From the NCBI GenBank assembly GCA_965248355.1, contig OZ252098.1, forward strand, positions 5,024,001 through 5,088,000: 64,000 nucleotides of DNA. Direction: 5' to 3'. Source of the DNA: Candidatus Latescibacterota bacterium. Lineage in GTDB: Bacteria > Latescibacterota > UBA2968 > UBA8231. The notes under the pieces were generated by a model. It saw only the letters and a list, made by a program, of their open reading frames with translations. It had not been told where the DNA came from and ran no database searches. A program made the translations under genes and the position numbers. Positions 42,991 to 55,505 of the stretch are shown here, piece after piece (the stretch's first letter is position 1; every line of letters begins with the position of its first letter).

Positions 42991-45900
42991 ATGAATGTCG
43001 ACAGAGCCACGAACCCGGATGAGCGCGAACGGATAGCGAGGCGAACGAGCTTCGGCCGCCCGACGCGCGGACCGGTCCACGGACGATCTCCCTGTCGGAG
43101 GCGGCGGCGGGGGGAGCGCCCTGCGGTCTTCGCCATCGTGCTGTCGGCGATCCTGTCCTGCATCGCGGCGCCCGCGGCGCACTCCCAGAACCCGACCCCG
43201 GGGTGGAACTCCGAGCTTGCGATAGGTGAAGTTCCGGGGACGGTGGAGGTGAGCACGAGCTCGTTGAGTCTGAAACCGGGAGAGTCCGTCTCCTACAGCT
43301 TTAGGCTGACCAGGCAACCCACGGGCGACGACTGGTGGGTCAGAGTGTTCGTCGACGGCGCGGTGCGCATCAATGGCGTGTATGATGTCGACGGCGATAG
43401 CGCGGATGACATTCGGTGGGTGCCGTCGGTCGGCTGGGAGTTCGATCAGGACAACTGGGACCAGTGGCGAACGATCAGGGTAACGTCATTGAGTGACGCC
43501 GTATTGACCAAGAGGGTGCAGTTCGACCACGACGTGTGGGATCACACCAACAACTGCCCGGTACACGGAGTTGGGGTCGTAGCGGTAAGTGGCGGCGACC
43601 CCACCGACGATTCGAGGATATCCGTCTCCTTCGACCGATCCAGCTACGAGGCGGCCGAAGGCGGAGATCCCGCCACGGTGGCGGTGGTGCTGGGCTCGGC
43701 TTCGCAGGACAGGGTGGTGATTCCTATCGGCACTTCGGGGCTGGACGGCGCGTCGTCGTCGGACTACTCGGCTCCGTCGAGCGTGACCTTCCAGTCGGGC
43801 GAGACCCGCCAGAGCTTCACGGTGACGGCTACGGACGATGGGGTCGACGACGATGACGAGAGCGTGGAGTTGACCTTCGGGAGGCTGCCCACGGGGTTCG
43901 GTCCCGGCAGCCGTGCGGAAGCCACGGTGAGTCTCATCGACGACGACGATCCCGAGGTATCGGTGTCCTTTGACCAGTCGAGCTACGAGGCGACCGAGGG
44001 AGGGGCGGCGGCGACGGTGGTGGTGGAACTGAGCGCCGATCCCGAGCGCACCGTGACGATCCCCATAGACGCCACGCCTATCGGCAACGCCTCTACCTCG
44101 GACTATTCAGGGATTCCGTCGAGCGTGACCTTCCGGTCCGGCGAGCAGCAGAAGAGCTTCACGGTGATGGCCGCGGACGATGCGGTGGATGACGATGGTG
44201 AAAGGGTCCGGATGAGCTTCGGGACCCTGCCGGACAGCAGGGTCTCTTCGGGCAGCCCCTCGACGGCGACCGTGACCATCACGGACGACGACGACCGCGG
44301 CGTGGAGGTGTCCCCCACTACCCTGAGGATCGACGAGGGCGAGACCGGCGACTACACGGTGGTGCTGACCTCGCAGCCGACGGTCGAGGTGACGGTGACG
44401 GTGAGCGGGGAGTCGGGAGACGTGTCGGTGGAGTCGCCGGCCGGCAAGGTGCTCACCTTCACGACGAACACCTGGAACCGCAGGCAGACGGTGAGGGTGA
44501 GGGCGGCGGAGGACACCGACACCGACGCCGATGACCAGGTGGTGCTGAGGAACGACGTCAGCGGCGGCGACTACACCGGCCAGTCGGCGGACAACGTGAC
44601 GGTGATCGTCATCGAGGACGACGCTTCGACGGTGTCCGTGGATGACGTGCGCGCCTCGGAGAGTGTGGGCGACATGGTCTTCACGGTGACCCTGAGCAAG
44701 GCCATCAACGAGGTCGTGTCGGTGCCCTATGCCACCTCGAACGGGACGGCGTCCAGCCCTTCGGACTACACGACCGGGAACGGGACGCTGGAGGTTCCCG
44801 CCAACAGCCGGCAGCGGACGATCCGTGTGCCCATTGTCGCCGATGCGGTCGACGAGGAGGACGAGACCTTCACGGTGAGGCTGACCAAGCCAACGAACGC
44901 GCTGCTGGCTGGAGGCGGGTCAAACCTGTCCGTCACGGGAACGATCGTGGACGATGACACGCGCGGTGTGAGGGTTAGCCCGACCACGCTGGGGGTGAGG
45001 AAAGGCGGAACCGGTTCCTACACCGTGGTACTGACCTCGCAGCCTACGGCCGACGTGACGGTAACGGTCTCCGGGCATTCCGGTACGGATGTCTCCGTGG
45101 AGGACGAGACGCAGCTGACCTTCACAACGGATACCACGGATCCCAATGACTGGCAGACGGCGCAGACCGTGACGGTGACCGCGGCCGAGGATGCGCCCGA
45201 CGGCCTGGTGGTGCTCAGGCATACGGTCAGCAGCAGCGGCGACTATGCCAACGAGTCCGCGTCCGACGTGACGGTGACGGTCTCCGCCAGCGGCGGCGGA
45301 CGAGGTGGTGGTGGCGGCGGTGGCGGCGGTGGGGGTGGAGGCGGGGGCGGGGGCGGCGACGACTCCCCCGAATCCCGGTTCACCGGGAAGGTGGTCCTCG
45401 CGTCCCTGGATGCGGACAGCTACACGGTGGCCGAGGGCGAGAGCGTGACCATAACGGTGCGGCTGAACGACAAGCCCGAGCGCGAGGTGAAGATCGGGCT
45501 GGGGGTGCGCCACCAGAAGGGTGTGGGATCGGCCGACTACTCGGGGGTGCCGAAGAGCATCACCTTCGCCGCCGACGAGACCGAGAAGAGCTTCGACTTC
45601 TCCGCCACCCGGGACGTCGACGACGACGACGGGGAGCGGGTCCTCCTCCGCCTGGCGGGACTGCCGCTGGGCGTGCGCGCCGGCGCCCACACCCTGGCCA
45701 CGGTGGAGATCCTCGACAGGGAGCCCGCGTCCATGGCCGTCTCCTTCGACCAGGCCGGTTACGAGGTCTCCGAGGGCGACAGCGTGCAGGTGACGGTGCG
45801 CTTGACTCCCGCTTCGGAGGAGGCGGTGGAGATCCCGCTTACGGCGGAGCCGGGCATGGGGGCCGAAGCCGCCGACTATTCGGGCATCCCGCCAAGTGTG

Positions 45901-48900
45901 ACCTTCGCGCCGGAGGAGACGGAGCAGTCCTTCTACCTGCAGGCCGCGGCCGACGAAGAGGCCGACGACGGCGAGACGGTGGTGCTCGGTTTCGGGACGT
46001 TGCCCGGCGCGGTGGCGGCGGGCGATCCCGCCACGGCGACGGTGGCGCTCCAGGATCGCCCGGTGGAGGTGCCCGTTGACCCGGTAGAGGTAGAGGTGTC
46101 CTTCGACCAGGTGCGCTCGGAGGCTTCCGAGGGCGACGAAGCGGTCGGGTTCACGGTCCTTCTGAGCGCGGCCAGTGATCGCGAGGTGACGGTGGAATAC
46201 GCCACCTCGGCGGGCACGGCCACGGCGGGGGCCGACTACGAGGACACGACCGGTACGCTGCGGTTCCCGGCCGGGACGACGGAGTTGCCTCTCCAGGTGC
46301 CGGTCATCGACGACGACGTGGACGAGGCGGAGGAGACCTTCACCATCGTCTTGCGGGATCCCTCCAACGCCACCATCGACGCTGGTGAGGCGACGGGTGT
46401 GATCGCGGACGACGACCTTCCCGTGGTGAGCCTCGCGGCGGCCGACTCGTCCGTGGCCGAAGGAGAAACGGTGACCTTCACCCTGACACGGGTCGGCGAC
46501 CTGACGGTGCCCCTGCAGGTGCCGGTGCAGGTAACGCAGATGGGGGACTTCCTCGCGGCCGAGCCGCCGGCCGAGGCCGCCTTCTCAGCGGACGAGGGCG
46601 CCGCGACTCTGGAGGTCTCGACGGTGGACGACGCCGTGGACGAGCCGGACGGTTCGGTGTCGGCGGCGGTCGCGGCGGGCGAGGCTCACAGGGTGGGTGG
46701 GGGCGCGGCGGCCACGGTAGCCGTGACCGACGACGATGACCGTGGGCTGATGGTGACGCCCATGTCCCTGACCGTTGGAAGAGGGGGACAGCGCCGCCTT
46801 CACCGTGGCCCTGACCTCGGAGCCGACGGAGGACGTGACGGTCGTCCTGGAAACGCCGGAGGGATCGGAAGTCACCGTCGACGTGACGGAGCTGACCTTC
46901 ACGCCCGAGAACTGGCGGGACCCGCGGAGCGTGACGGTGACCGCGGGTCAGGACGACGACGCCGTGGTCGATGATGCGGAGCAGGTGACAATCTCGGTCA
47001 GCGGCGGCGACTACGACGGTCTGTCCGCGCCCGGCGTCGAGGTGTCGATCACCGAGGACGACGCGCGGGGCGTGTCGGTGTCCTCCGGGACGTTGACCGT
47101 CTCGGAGGGGGACTCGGCCAGCTACGAGGTGGTCATGGATTCGGAGCCCGCGGGCGAGGTCGAGGTGACGGTGGAGGTTCCGGAGGGCTCGGACCTCGAG
47201 GTGTCGCCCACGGAGCTGACCTTCACGCCGGAGAACTGGGAGGAGCCGCAGAAGGTGACCGTAACGGCCCTCCCGGACGACGATGCGGTACCCGACGATC
47301 CGGTCGTGCTGACCCATTCGGCCAGCGGCGGCGACTACGTGGAGGTGTCCGGGGACGGAGTCGAGGTGTCGATAGGCGAGACCGACAGGCCCGGGGTCTC
47401 CTTCTCGGTGGATGCGCTGACCGTGCCCGAAGGCGGTACCGGCAGCTACACGATCGGGCTGGACACGGAACCCGCGGGCGACGTCACCGTGGCCGTGGAG
47501 GTCCCCGAAGGGGCCGAAATCTCCGTGGACGTCACCGAGCTGACCTTCACGCCGGAGAACTGGCGCGAACCGCAAGAGGTGACGGTGACGGCGGCGGCCG
47601 ATGACGACGCCGTGGTCGACGAGGCCGTGACCTTGACCCATACGGTCAGCGGCGGCGACTACGTCGATGTCTCCGTCGCCGATGTCGAAGTCTCCATCAA
47701 CGAGAGCGACAGGCAGGGGGTGTCGCTGTCGGCCGAGACCTTGACGGTGGCGGAAGGCGGTACCAGCAGCTACACGATCGTGCTCGACTCCGAACCAGCG
47801 GGTGAAGTCACGGTCACGGTGCAGGTCCCCGAAAGGCCCGAGGTCTCCGTGGACGTCACCGAGCTGACCTTCACGCCGGAGAACTGGCGCGAACCTCGGA
47901 GGATCACCGTGACGGCGGTGGAGGATGAGGACGCGGTGGTCGACGAGGCGGTGACGTTGACCCACGTGGTCAGCGGCGGCGACTACGACGACGTCTCCGT
48001 CTCCAGCGTCGAGGTCTCCATCGCCGAGAGCGATACGCCCTTGTTGTCGATTGCCGGCGGCTCCGCGGGCGAGGGCGACGGCGCCATGGACTTCGCGGTG
48101 GAGCTGAGCCTGGCCAGCAGTCTCGAGGTGACGGTGCGATACGCCACTTCGGAGGGTACGGCAACGGAGGGAGCCGACTACGAGGGGACCACCGGGACCC
48201 TGACGTTCCCCGCCGGGACCACGGAGCAGTCCTTCCAGGTGCCGATCCTGGACGACGAGGTCGACGAGGCGGAGGAGAGCTTCCGCGTCGCCCTGAGCGA
48301 GGCCACGAACGCGGCCATTGGCGGCACCGGCCAGGCGACGGGTGTGATCGCCGACGACGATCTGCCGGTGGTGGTGATCGCGGCGGACCAGGCGTCGGTC
48401 GTCGAAGGGACGACGGCCGCCTTCACGCTGACCCGCGCCGGTGATCTGAGCGCAGCCCTTCGGGTGCCGGTGCAGGTGGAGCAGGAGGGTCTCTTCCTCG
48501 CGGGTGACGCACCGTCCGAGGCGGCCTTTGCCACCGGAGAACAGACGGCGGCCCTGGCGCTGGCGACGACGGATGACGAAGTGGACGAGGCCGATGGTTC
48601 CCTGTCGGTCCGGGTCGCCGAGGGGACGACGTACCGCATCGGCGAAGCGGCGGCGGCCGCGGTGGCGGTGACCGACGACGACGAGCGCGGCGCAACGGTG
48701 GCGCCGGCGGCGCTGACGGTGGGCGAGGGAGAGCGTGAAGCCTACACCGTGGTGCTGACCTCGGAGCCGACGGCGGCGGTGACGGTGACGGTGGAGCTGC
48801 CGGACGAATCGGACGTCTCGGTCGATGCCGGTGAGCTGACCTTCACCGTGGAGAATTGGGGAGAGGCGCAGACCGTCACCGTGACCGCGGCCCAGGATGA

Positions 48901-51900
48901 CGACGCCGTGGTGGACGGGGCGGTGACCTTGAGCCACGCGGTCAGCGGCGGCGACTACGACGGCGTGTCAGCCGCCGATGTCGAAGTCTCCATCACCGAG
49001 GACGACACCCGGGGCGTGACGGTCTCTGTCGAGGCGTTGACGCTGGCCGAGGCGCCTCCGGCAGCTACACGATCGTGCTGAAGACGGAGCCGGCGGAGGC
49101 GGTGACGGTGACGGTGGAGCTGCCGGACGAATCGGACGTCTCGGTCGATGCCGGTGAGCTGACCTTCACCTCGTCGAACTGGGGAGAGGCGCAGACCGTG
49201 ACCGTCACGGCGGCTGCGGATGCCGACGCCGTGGCCGACACTCCCGTGACCGTGACTCACGCGGTCAGCGGCGGCGACTACGACGGGGCCACCGCAACAA
49301 GCGTGGCCGTCTCGATCACGGAAGACGATACCCCCGCCGTCTCGGTATCCACGGCGGCGTTGACGGTGGCCGAAGGCGATGCCGCCGGCTACACGGTGGT
49401 GCTGGAGACCGAGCCCGCGGGCCAGGTCACCGTGGCCGTGGAAGTCCCGGAGGGGACGGATCTGTCGGTGTCGCCGCCGTCGCTGACCTTCACGGCCGCT
49501 GATTGGAGCCAGCCGAAGGAGGTGACGGTCACGGCGGCCGAGGACGACGACGCGGTGGCGGACAGTACGGTGATGGTGACCCACACCGTCAGCGGCGGCG
49601 ACTACGACGGGGTCAGCGCAAGTGGTGTCGCCGTCTCGATCACCGAGGACGATACGCCCGGTGTGAAGGTGTCGGCCGACTCGCTGACGGTGGCGGAGGG
49701 CGGCACCCGCGGCTACACGGTGGTGCTGGAGACGGAGCCGGCGGACGCGGTCACCGTGGCGGTCATGGTGCCGGCCGGCGCCGAGGTCTCGGCGTCGCCG
49801 TTGGAGCTGACCTTTACGGCGGCTGACTGGCGCCAGGCGCAGAGGGTGACCGTATCCGCGGCCCAGGACGACGACGCCGTGACCGATCCCCCGGCGCGGC
49901 TGGGACACTCGGTCAGCGGCGGCGACTACGGCGGAGTATCGGCCGCCGGCGTGGTGGTGTCGGTCACCGAGGACGACACGCCCGGGGTCGCGGTCTCCGT
50001 CGAGGCGCTGACCGTGGCCGAAGGCGGGAGCAGCGGCTACACGGTGGCGCTGGAGACGGAGCCGGCGGACACGGTCACGGTGGCCGTGCAGGTGCCGGCC
50101 GGCGCCGAGGTCTCGGCGTCGCCCCGGGCCCTGACCTTCACGGCCGCCGACTGGCGCCAGGCCCAGAGGGTGGCGGTCACCGCGGCCGAGGACGAGGACG
50201 CCGTGGTCGATGCCCCCGTGACCCTGACCCACGCCGTGAGCGGCGGCGACTACGACGGGCTCTCCGCGGACGGCGTGAAGGTCTCGGTCACCGAGGACGA
50301 CAGGCCCGCCCTGACGATCGCCGACGCGACCGCCCCGGAAGAGGCCGATTCCATCTCCTTCGCCGTGACCCTGAACCTGCCCAGCAGCCTCGAGGTGAGG
50401 GTGAACTGGGGGACCGCCGGCGGCACGGCCACCGAGGGGGCCGACTACGAAGGGCGCAACGGCACCCTGCGCTTCGATGCCCTCCAGACCGTCCGGACCG
50501 TCACCGTGCCCTTGCTGGACGACGCCCTCGACGAAGCCCCGGAGAGGTTCACGGTCACTCTGAGCAACCCGTCCAACGCCATCGTGGCCGACGGCGCGGC
50601 CACGGGCACGATCACCGACGACGACGCCGCCCCGGCCCTGACCATCGCCGACGCCACGGCTCCCGAAGGCGACGGGACGATCTCCTTCACCGTCTCCCTG
50701 GGGCGGTCAGCAGCCTCGAGGTCAGCGTGGACTGGAAGACCTCGGACGGCACCGCCGCGGCGGGGAAGGACTACACGGCGTTCTCCGGCACCCTGACCAT
50801 CCCGCCGGGCGAGCTGGAGCAGGCCATCGCCGTGACCCTGTTCAACGACGCCCTCGACGAGGAGGACGAGACCATCGCCGTCTCTCTCGGCAACCCGGTC
50901 AACGCGACCGTGGCCGACGGCACGGCGGAGGGCACCATCGTCGACGACGACGTCTCCCTGGAGAAGGCCTGGCTGGCGCGCTTCGGGCGGACCACGGCCA
51001 GCCAGGTGATGGACGCCCTCTCCGACCGCCTGCGGAACCGGACACGCCGGAGCGGGTACTTCACCCTGGACGGCCGGCAGGTGTCACTGGGCGGGCGGGG
51101 GGCGGCGGACGGGATGCCCGGCGCGGACATGTCCATGACGGACCGCGGGTTCCAGGGTCGCGGCCTCTCCGTCTCCGATGCCGGGTCCCCCTCCCACGGC
51201 CTGAGGCGCACCTCGCTCGCCGATCTCCTGTCCCGCAGCTCCTTCCTCATCTCGTCGGGCGGGGATGCGGACAGCACCGGACGGGAGGGCCGCTGGACGG
51301 CCTGGGGCCGGGGGGTGACGACGAACTTCAAGCACGACTCCCCCGACCTGTGGCTGAAGGGCGGCGCCATCACCAGCCTGATCGGCATCGACTGGCAACG
51401 GAACCGCATGCTGGCCGGCCTGGTGATGGCCCACAACCTGGTCATGGGCGAGTACGACATGCCCACCGCCGAGGAGTCGGTCCGCCGGGACGACCTGGAC
51501 AACCACCTGGCCAGCATGCACCCCTACGTCCACTATGCCCTGAGCGAGCGGCTCTCGGTGTGGGGCGTGCTGGGCTACGGCCGCGGCCTCATGGGGAAGA
51601 GCACGGGCGCGCCTCGAGGGGCATCGGCATGCGCATGGGCGGGCTGGGTGTGCGCGGCGCCCTCGGGACCCCCGAGAGGCTGCGCTCCTTCGACCTGGCG
51701 GTGAGGTCCGACGCCTTCTGGGTGAGGATGGACGCGCCCGAGACGCCGGACCGGCCGGAGGTGGAGGCCACCTCGAGCCGCGTGCGCCTGGCCCTGGAGG
51801 GGGCCCGCGAGTTCGTCCTGAGCTCGGGCCGGACCCTGTCACCGTCCCTGGAGCTGGGCCTGCGCCAGGACGGCGGCGATGCCGAGAAGGGCACGGGGAT

Positions 51901-52390
51901 GGAGGTCGGCGGCGCCCTGGGCTACACCGACCCCGACCGGGGCCTGTCCCTGCAGACCAAGGCCCGCAGGCTGCTGGCCCACCGGGACAAGGGCTACGAG
52001 GAGTGGGGCGTGGCCGGCTCCTTCACCTTCGATCCGGGCGCCTTGGACGAGGGGGTGTCGCTGCGCCTGGGGTCCTCCTGGGGGGCGGCCTCGAGCGGGA
52101 TCGATCGTCTCATGGGGCCCCCGGGGCCGGAGTCGCCGCCGGGGTCCCCCGAGGCGCAGCCGGGCCGCGCGCTCAACGCCGAGGTCGGCTACGGCCTGGC
52201 GGCGCTGGGCGGCGTGCTCACACCGTATGCCGACGTGGGGATGTCGGGCCGCGGCCAGCGCACCTGCCGCCTGGGCTGGCGTCTGCAGGTCGAGCAGAAC
52301 CTGCGGGTGGAGGTGGCCGGCGGCCGCCGCGAGCACGCCGCCGCCGGGCCCGCCCACGAGATCCGCGTGCGCGCCACCTTCGACTGGTAG
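42991..52390 (+). CDS. Giant Calx-beta/Ig-repeat autotransporter adhesin (~3,130 aa), broken by four single-base frameshifts
   Basis: ORFs 42931..46974, 46775..49081, 49075..50796, 50727..51704 and 51350..52390 join at ~46776, ~49051, ~50701 and ~51610. Long signal peptide, ~22 acidic beta-sandwich repeats, a WLARFGRT linker and a beta-barrel ending in W. Confidence 0.85.
45290..45357 (+). repeat. Poly-glycine linker (GGN repeats)
   Basis: The translation shows SGGGR followed by a long Gly run and then DD. Confidence 0.9.
46740..50300 (+). repeat. Intragenic 324-bp (108-aa) tandem repeat units (4 + 5 copies)
   Basis: Recurrent ELTFT..NW...VTVTA..DDDAV...VSGGDY. A matching block at 47521 recurs at 47845 (offset 324). 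Confidence 0.85.
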
Positions 52391-52399
52391 CCCGGAAGT

Positions 52400-52422
52400 C
52401 CGGGCGGCCGCCGGCCGCCCGG
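52400..52422. terminator. 10-bp GC hairpin downstream of the autotransporter, between convergent genes
   Basis: CCGGGCGGCC-gcc-GGCCGCCCGG. Confidence 0.4.
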
Positions 52423-52564
52423 GCAGGCGTCTGCGGGTCGCAGTCGAACCTGCGCCTGACCGGCGTCCCCCGCGAGCACCCGGCCGGGCGCCTGCCCGCC
52501 GGGTCCGCCTGCGAGCCAACCTGAACCGGCAGCCGGTCCGGCGCCCGGCGGCATCCGCAGGTGA

Positions 52565-53890
52565 CTAGGCGCCGCCAGCGTCTGGAGATCCCCCGGTCCG
52601 GGCGGCGCGGGCCCCTGCCCGCTCGTCGACCCGGAGCAGCAGCGCCCCGCCCACCACGAAGAAGATCACCAGCGAGACGATGCCGAGGCGGCCGCCCCCC
52701 GTGAGCTGGCTCACCACCCCGAAGACCAGGGGGCCGAAGATCCCGGCGAACCGGGAGCTGGTGCTGTAGAACCCGAAGAACTCGGCCGACCTCTCCGGCG
52801 GGATCATCGAGACGTAGAGGGAACGGCTCAGGGCCTGGGTGCCTCCCTGCACGAGGCCGACCATGGCCGCCAGGATGTAGAAGTGCAGGGCCGTCTGCAT
52901 GAAGTATGCGCCCACGGTCATCAGCAGGTAGACCCCCAGTCCGGCGAGGATCGACCTCTTGGTGCCCAGGACCCCCGCCAGCCTGCCGAAGAGGAAGGTG
53001 CAGGGGATGCCGACGAACTGGGTCAGGATCAGCGCCGTGATCAGGTCGTTGCGGCCGATGCCGACCTCGTCCCCGTAGGCGATGGCCATCTTGATGATCG
53101 TGCCGATGCCGTCGTTGTAGAGCCAGAAGGCGGCCAGGAAGAGCAGCAGCTGACGGTAGCGGCGCACCTCGCGAAAGGTCTCCGCCAGGCGCGCGAAGGC
53201 ATCGCCCAAACGGGGCTGTTCCCGGCCGTCGCCGGCGCGCGGTTCCTCGACGCGGCGCATCAGCGGCACCGTGAAGAGGGCCCACCAGACGGCGACGCTG
53301 AAGAAGGTCAGGCGCAGGGCGAACCCGGTGCCGGGCAGCAGGAACCAGCCGGGGTGCATGATCCAGAGCAGGTTGACGATCAGGAGGATGCCGCCGCCGA
53401 TGTAACCCATGGCGTAACCGTGCGTCGAAACGCGGTCCACGTCGCCGGGGCGCGCCACGTGGGGCAGCAGCGACTCGTAGAAGATGTTGCCGGCGGCGAA
53501 GCCGATGTTGCCGGCGATGAACAGCACCGACCCCAGGATGTAGTCGTCGTCCCCGAGGAAGACGAAGAGGGCCGAGGCGCAGACCCCGAGGCCGGCGAAG
53601 AAGGCGAGGAACCGTTTCTTGCTGCGGGCCTGGTCGCAGTACGATCCGAGGACCGGACCGATGGCGGCGACGATGAGCAGGGCCAGGGAGGTGGTGTACG
53701 CCCAGGCCGCGGTGGCGTCGGTCTCCCCGAGGCCGGCGGTGGTCGCCATGGACCGGTAGAAGAGGGGGAAGACGCCGGCCATGATGGTGGTGGCGAAGGC
53801 CGAGTTGCCCCAGTCGTAGAGGCACCAGGCGTTGACCGTCCTCCGGTAGTGGCGGTCGTCGCTCCGTCCGGCGGCGGCGGACCCGGCCAT
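52565..53890 (-). CDS. MFS transporter (UMF1/Atg22-like)
   Basis: WCLYDWGNSAF, FYESLLP, YNDGIGT, QALSRS and EFFGFY motifs with many hydrophobic segments. ATG at 53890. Confidence 0.9.
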   Translation of the reverse strand: MAGSAAAGRSDDRHYRRTVNAWCLYDWGNSAFATTIMAGVFPLFYRSMATTAGLGETDATAAWAYTTSLALLIVAAIGPVLGSYCDQARSKKRFLAFFAGLGVCASALFVFLGDDDYILGSVLFIAGNIGFAAGNIFYESLLPHVARPGDVDRVSTHGYAMGYIGGGILLIVNLLWIMHPGWFLLPGTGFALRLTFFSVAVWWALFTVPLMRRVEEPRAGDGREQPRLGDAFARLAETFREVRRYRQLLLFLAAFWLYNDGIGTIIKMAIAYGDEVGIGRNDLITALILTQFVGIPCTFLFGRLAGVLGTKRSILAGLGVYLLMTVGAYFMQTALHFYILAAMVGLVQGGTQALSRSLYVSMIPPERSAEFFGFYSTSSRFAGIFGPLVFGVVSQLTGGGRLGIVSLVIFFVVGGALLLRVDERAGARAARTGGSPDAGGA

Positions 53891-53892
53891 GG

Positions 53893-55092
53893 TCAGAACA
53901 TCTGCCCGAAGGTGAGGTAGAGGCCCGTCCCGGCGCCGGCCCGGCCGTAGTCGGCGCGCACGATCGTGCTCTGCCAGCGGCCCCGCAGCCCCAGCCCCAG
54001 CCCGTGCCGCCAGCGGCCGAGGGCCGACAGGGCGCCGCCGCCGAAGACCCGGCCGGCGTCGGCGAAGGCGAGGGCGCCGAGGTACATGTTCTCCCGGGCG
54101 GAGAGGCGCATCCCCCGCCAGCGCAGCTCCCCGTTGAGGAGCACCCGGCTGCCGCCGCGGTCCCGCCCCCGCACGAGGCCGCGGACCGTGTCGCCGCCCC
54201 CCACCTCGGGCCATTCGTAGAACGGAAGGTGTCCCGCGGTCCAGTCGAGGGCGAGCCGGTGGGCGACCACCAGTCCGGAGAGAGGGGCGGCGAAGTGCCG
54301 GTGCTCGAAGCGGGCGGTGATCCCGTCGTAGTCGCCGCCGCCGCCGTACTCGAGGAGCAATTCCTCCAGCAGGCCGGTGGAGGCGTCGTTGTAGTCGTCC
54401 CGCGTGTCGTAGCGCAGGGAGGCGTTGACCTGGCCCAGGACGCCGCCGTCGATGCCGGGGGGACCGGCCTCGGCCAGGACGCTGCCGGCGCCGGCGTTGG
54501 GGGTGAGGCCGGCCCGGCTCAAGCGGCCCCCCAGTCCCAGGCCCCACGGGGCCGGCGCGGTGCTCGCCGGCCCCAGGCGCCGGATCCACCGCAGCTCGAT
54601 CGAGGGCAGGGTGCGCTGGAAGGTCTTCTGGTCGCGGCTCAGGCGGCGGGCCTCCCCTTCGGTGAGGGCGCCGTAGTAGTTGGCGAAATCCTCTTTCTCG
54701 AAGAGCAGGGCCATCTCGAAACGGTCGTCGCCGCCGCGGAACCGCGGCGTGTCCATCGCCAGGTGGTGCACCCACCGGCCCCCGCTGGTGAAGAACAACT
54801 GCGCCGAGTACTTGCGGCGATAGGGGATGGTGCGGCCGTCGTACTCGTAGAGACTGGCGCGCAGGCCGTACCCGACGCCGTCGTCGGAGCTGAAGTTCAG
54901 CAGCGGGATCGCCGTGGGCCTCCGGCCGGTGGCCTCGTGGGGAGAGGCCGCCTCGCTCGCAGGCGTCGGCAGCAGGGCCGCGGCCAGGGCCCCGGCCCAC
55001 AGCAGGCCCGCCTTCGGCCCGCGGGGCGGGAGCCTCCCGGGGTGGCGGGCGCCGCACCGCAGACGAGCCCCGCGACTGTCCGTGCCGTCCAA
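53893..55092 (-). CDS. Omp85/BamA-TamA family beta-barrel (no POTRA domains evident)
   Basis: P..NFSSDDGVGYG, YDTRD, GG.DTVRG, F.DAGRV and C-terminal GQMF. Start is uncertain (TTG 55092). Confidence 0.78.
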   Translation of the reverse strand: MDGTDSRGARLRCGARHPGRLPPRGPKAGLLWAGALAAALLPTPASEAASPHEATGRRPTAIPLLNFSSDDGVGYGLRASLYEYDGRTIPYRRKYSAQLFFTSGGRWVHHLAMDTPRFRGGDDRFEMALLFEKEDFANYYGALTEGEARRLSRDQKTFQRTLPSIELRWIRRLGPASTAPAPWGLGLGGRLSRAGLTPNAGAGSVLAEAGPPGIDGGVLGQVNASLRYDTRDDYNDASTGLLEELLLEYGGGGDYDGITARFEHRHFAAPLSGLVVAHRLALDWTAGHLPFYEWPEVGGGDTVRGLVRGRDRGGSRVLLNGELRWRGMRLSARENMYLGALAFADAGRVFGGGALSALGRWRHGLGLGLRGRWQSTIVRADYGRAGAGTGLYLTFGQMF

Positions 55093-55094
55093 TC

Positions 55095-55505
55095 TCAGCT
55101 CCCGGCGTGCGAGCGGAACCAGTCGGCGAGCGCGGCTTCCTCGATGTTGCCGGCGGCGACGCCTTCCATGATGCGGATTGCGTGCAGAGGCTCGAACTCG
55201 AGGCATCGTCCGTTGTCGGCCAGGAACAGGCGGGCGACTACCCAGGCCGTGCGCTTGTTGCCGTCGATGAAACCGTGGTTCCTGGCCAGAGCCCAAGCGC
55301 AGGCCGCGGCCAACTCCGCCGCATCCGGATCTCCGTAGCGCGCGAGGTTCACGGGACGGGCCAGGGCGGACTCGACCATCCCCAGGTCGCGGATCCCATC
55401 CAGTCCCCCGTGCTCGGCGAGTTGACGGTCGTGGATCGCCAGGACGACGGAGCTGTCGACCCAACGCCACGACGGCGGCGCCCCGGAATCCCCCCCGGGG
55501 TTCAT
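55095..55505 (-). CDS. doc: Death-on-curing (Doc/Fic) toxin
   Basis: Doc-type Fic motif NHGFIDGNKRTA, plus HGG..GIRD and SALARP. Confidence 0.92.
   Translation of the reverse strand: MNPGGDSGAPPSWRWVDSSVVLAIHDRQLAEHGGLDGIRDLGMVESALARPVNLARYGDPDAAELAAACAWALARNHGFIDGNKRTAWVVARLFLADNGRCLEFEPLHAIRIMEGVAAGNIEEAALADWFRSHAGS

Noticed and set aside
46740..50300. Regularly spaced repeats as a possible CRISPR array or DGR template
   Set aside because: The 324-bp period is in frame and protein coding. There are no unique spacers, cas genes or reverse transcriptase.
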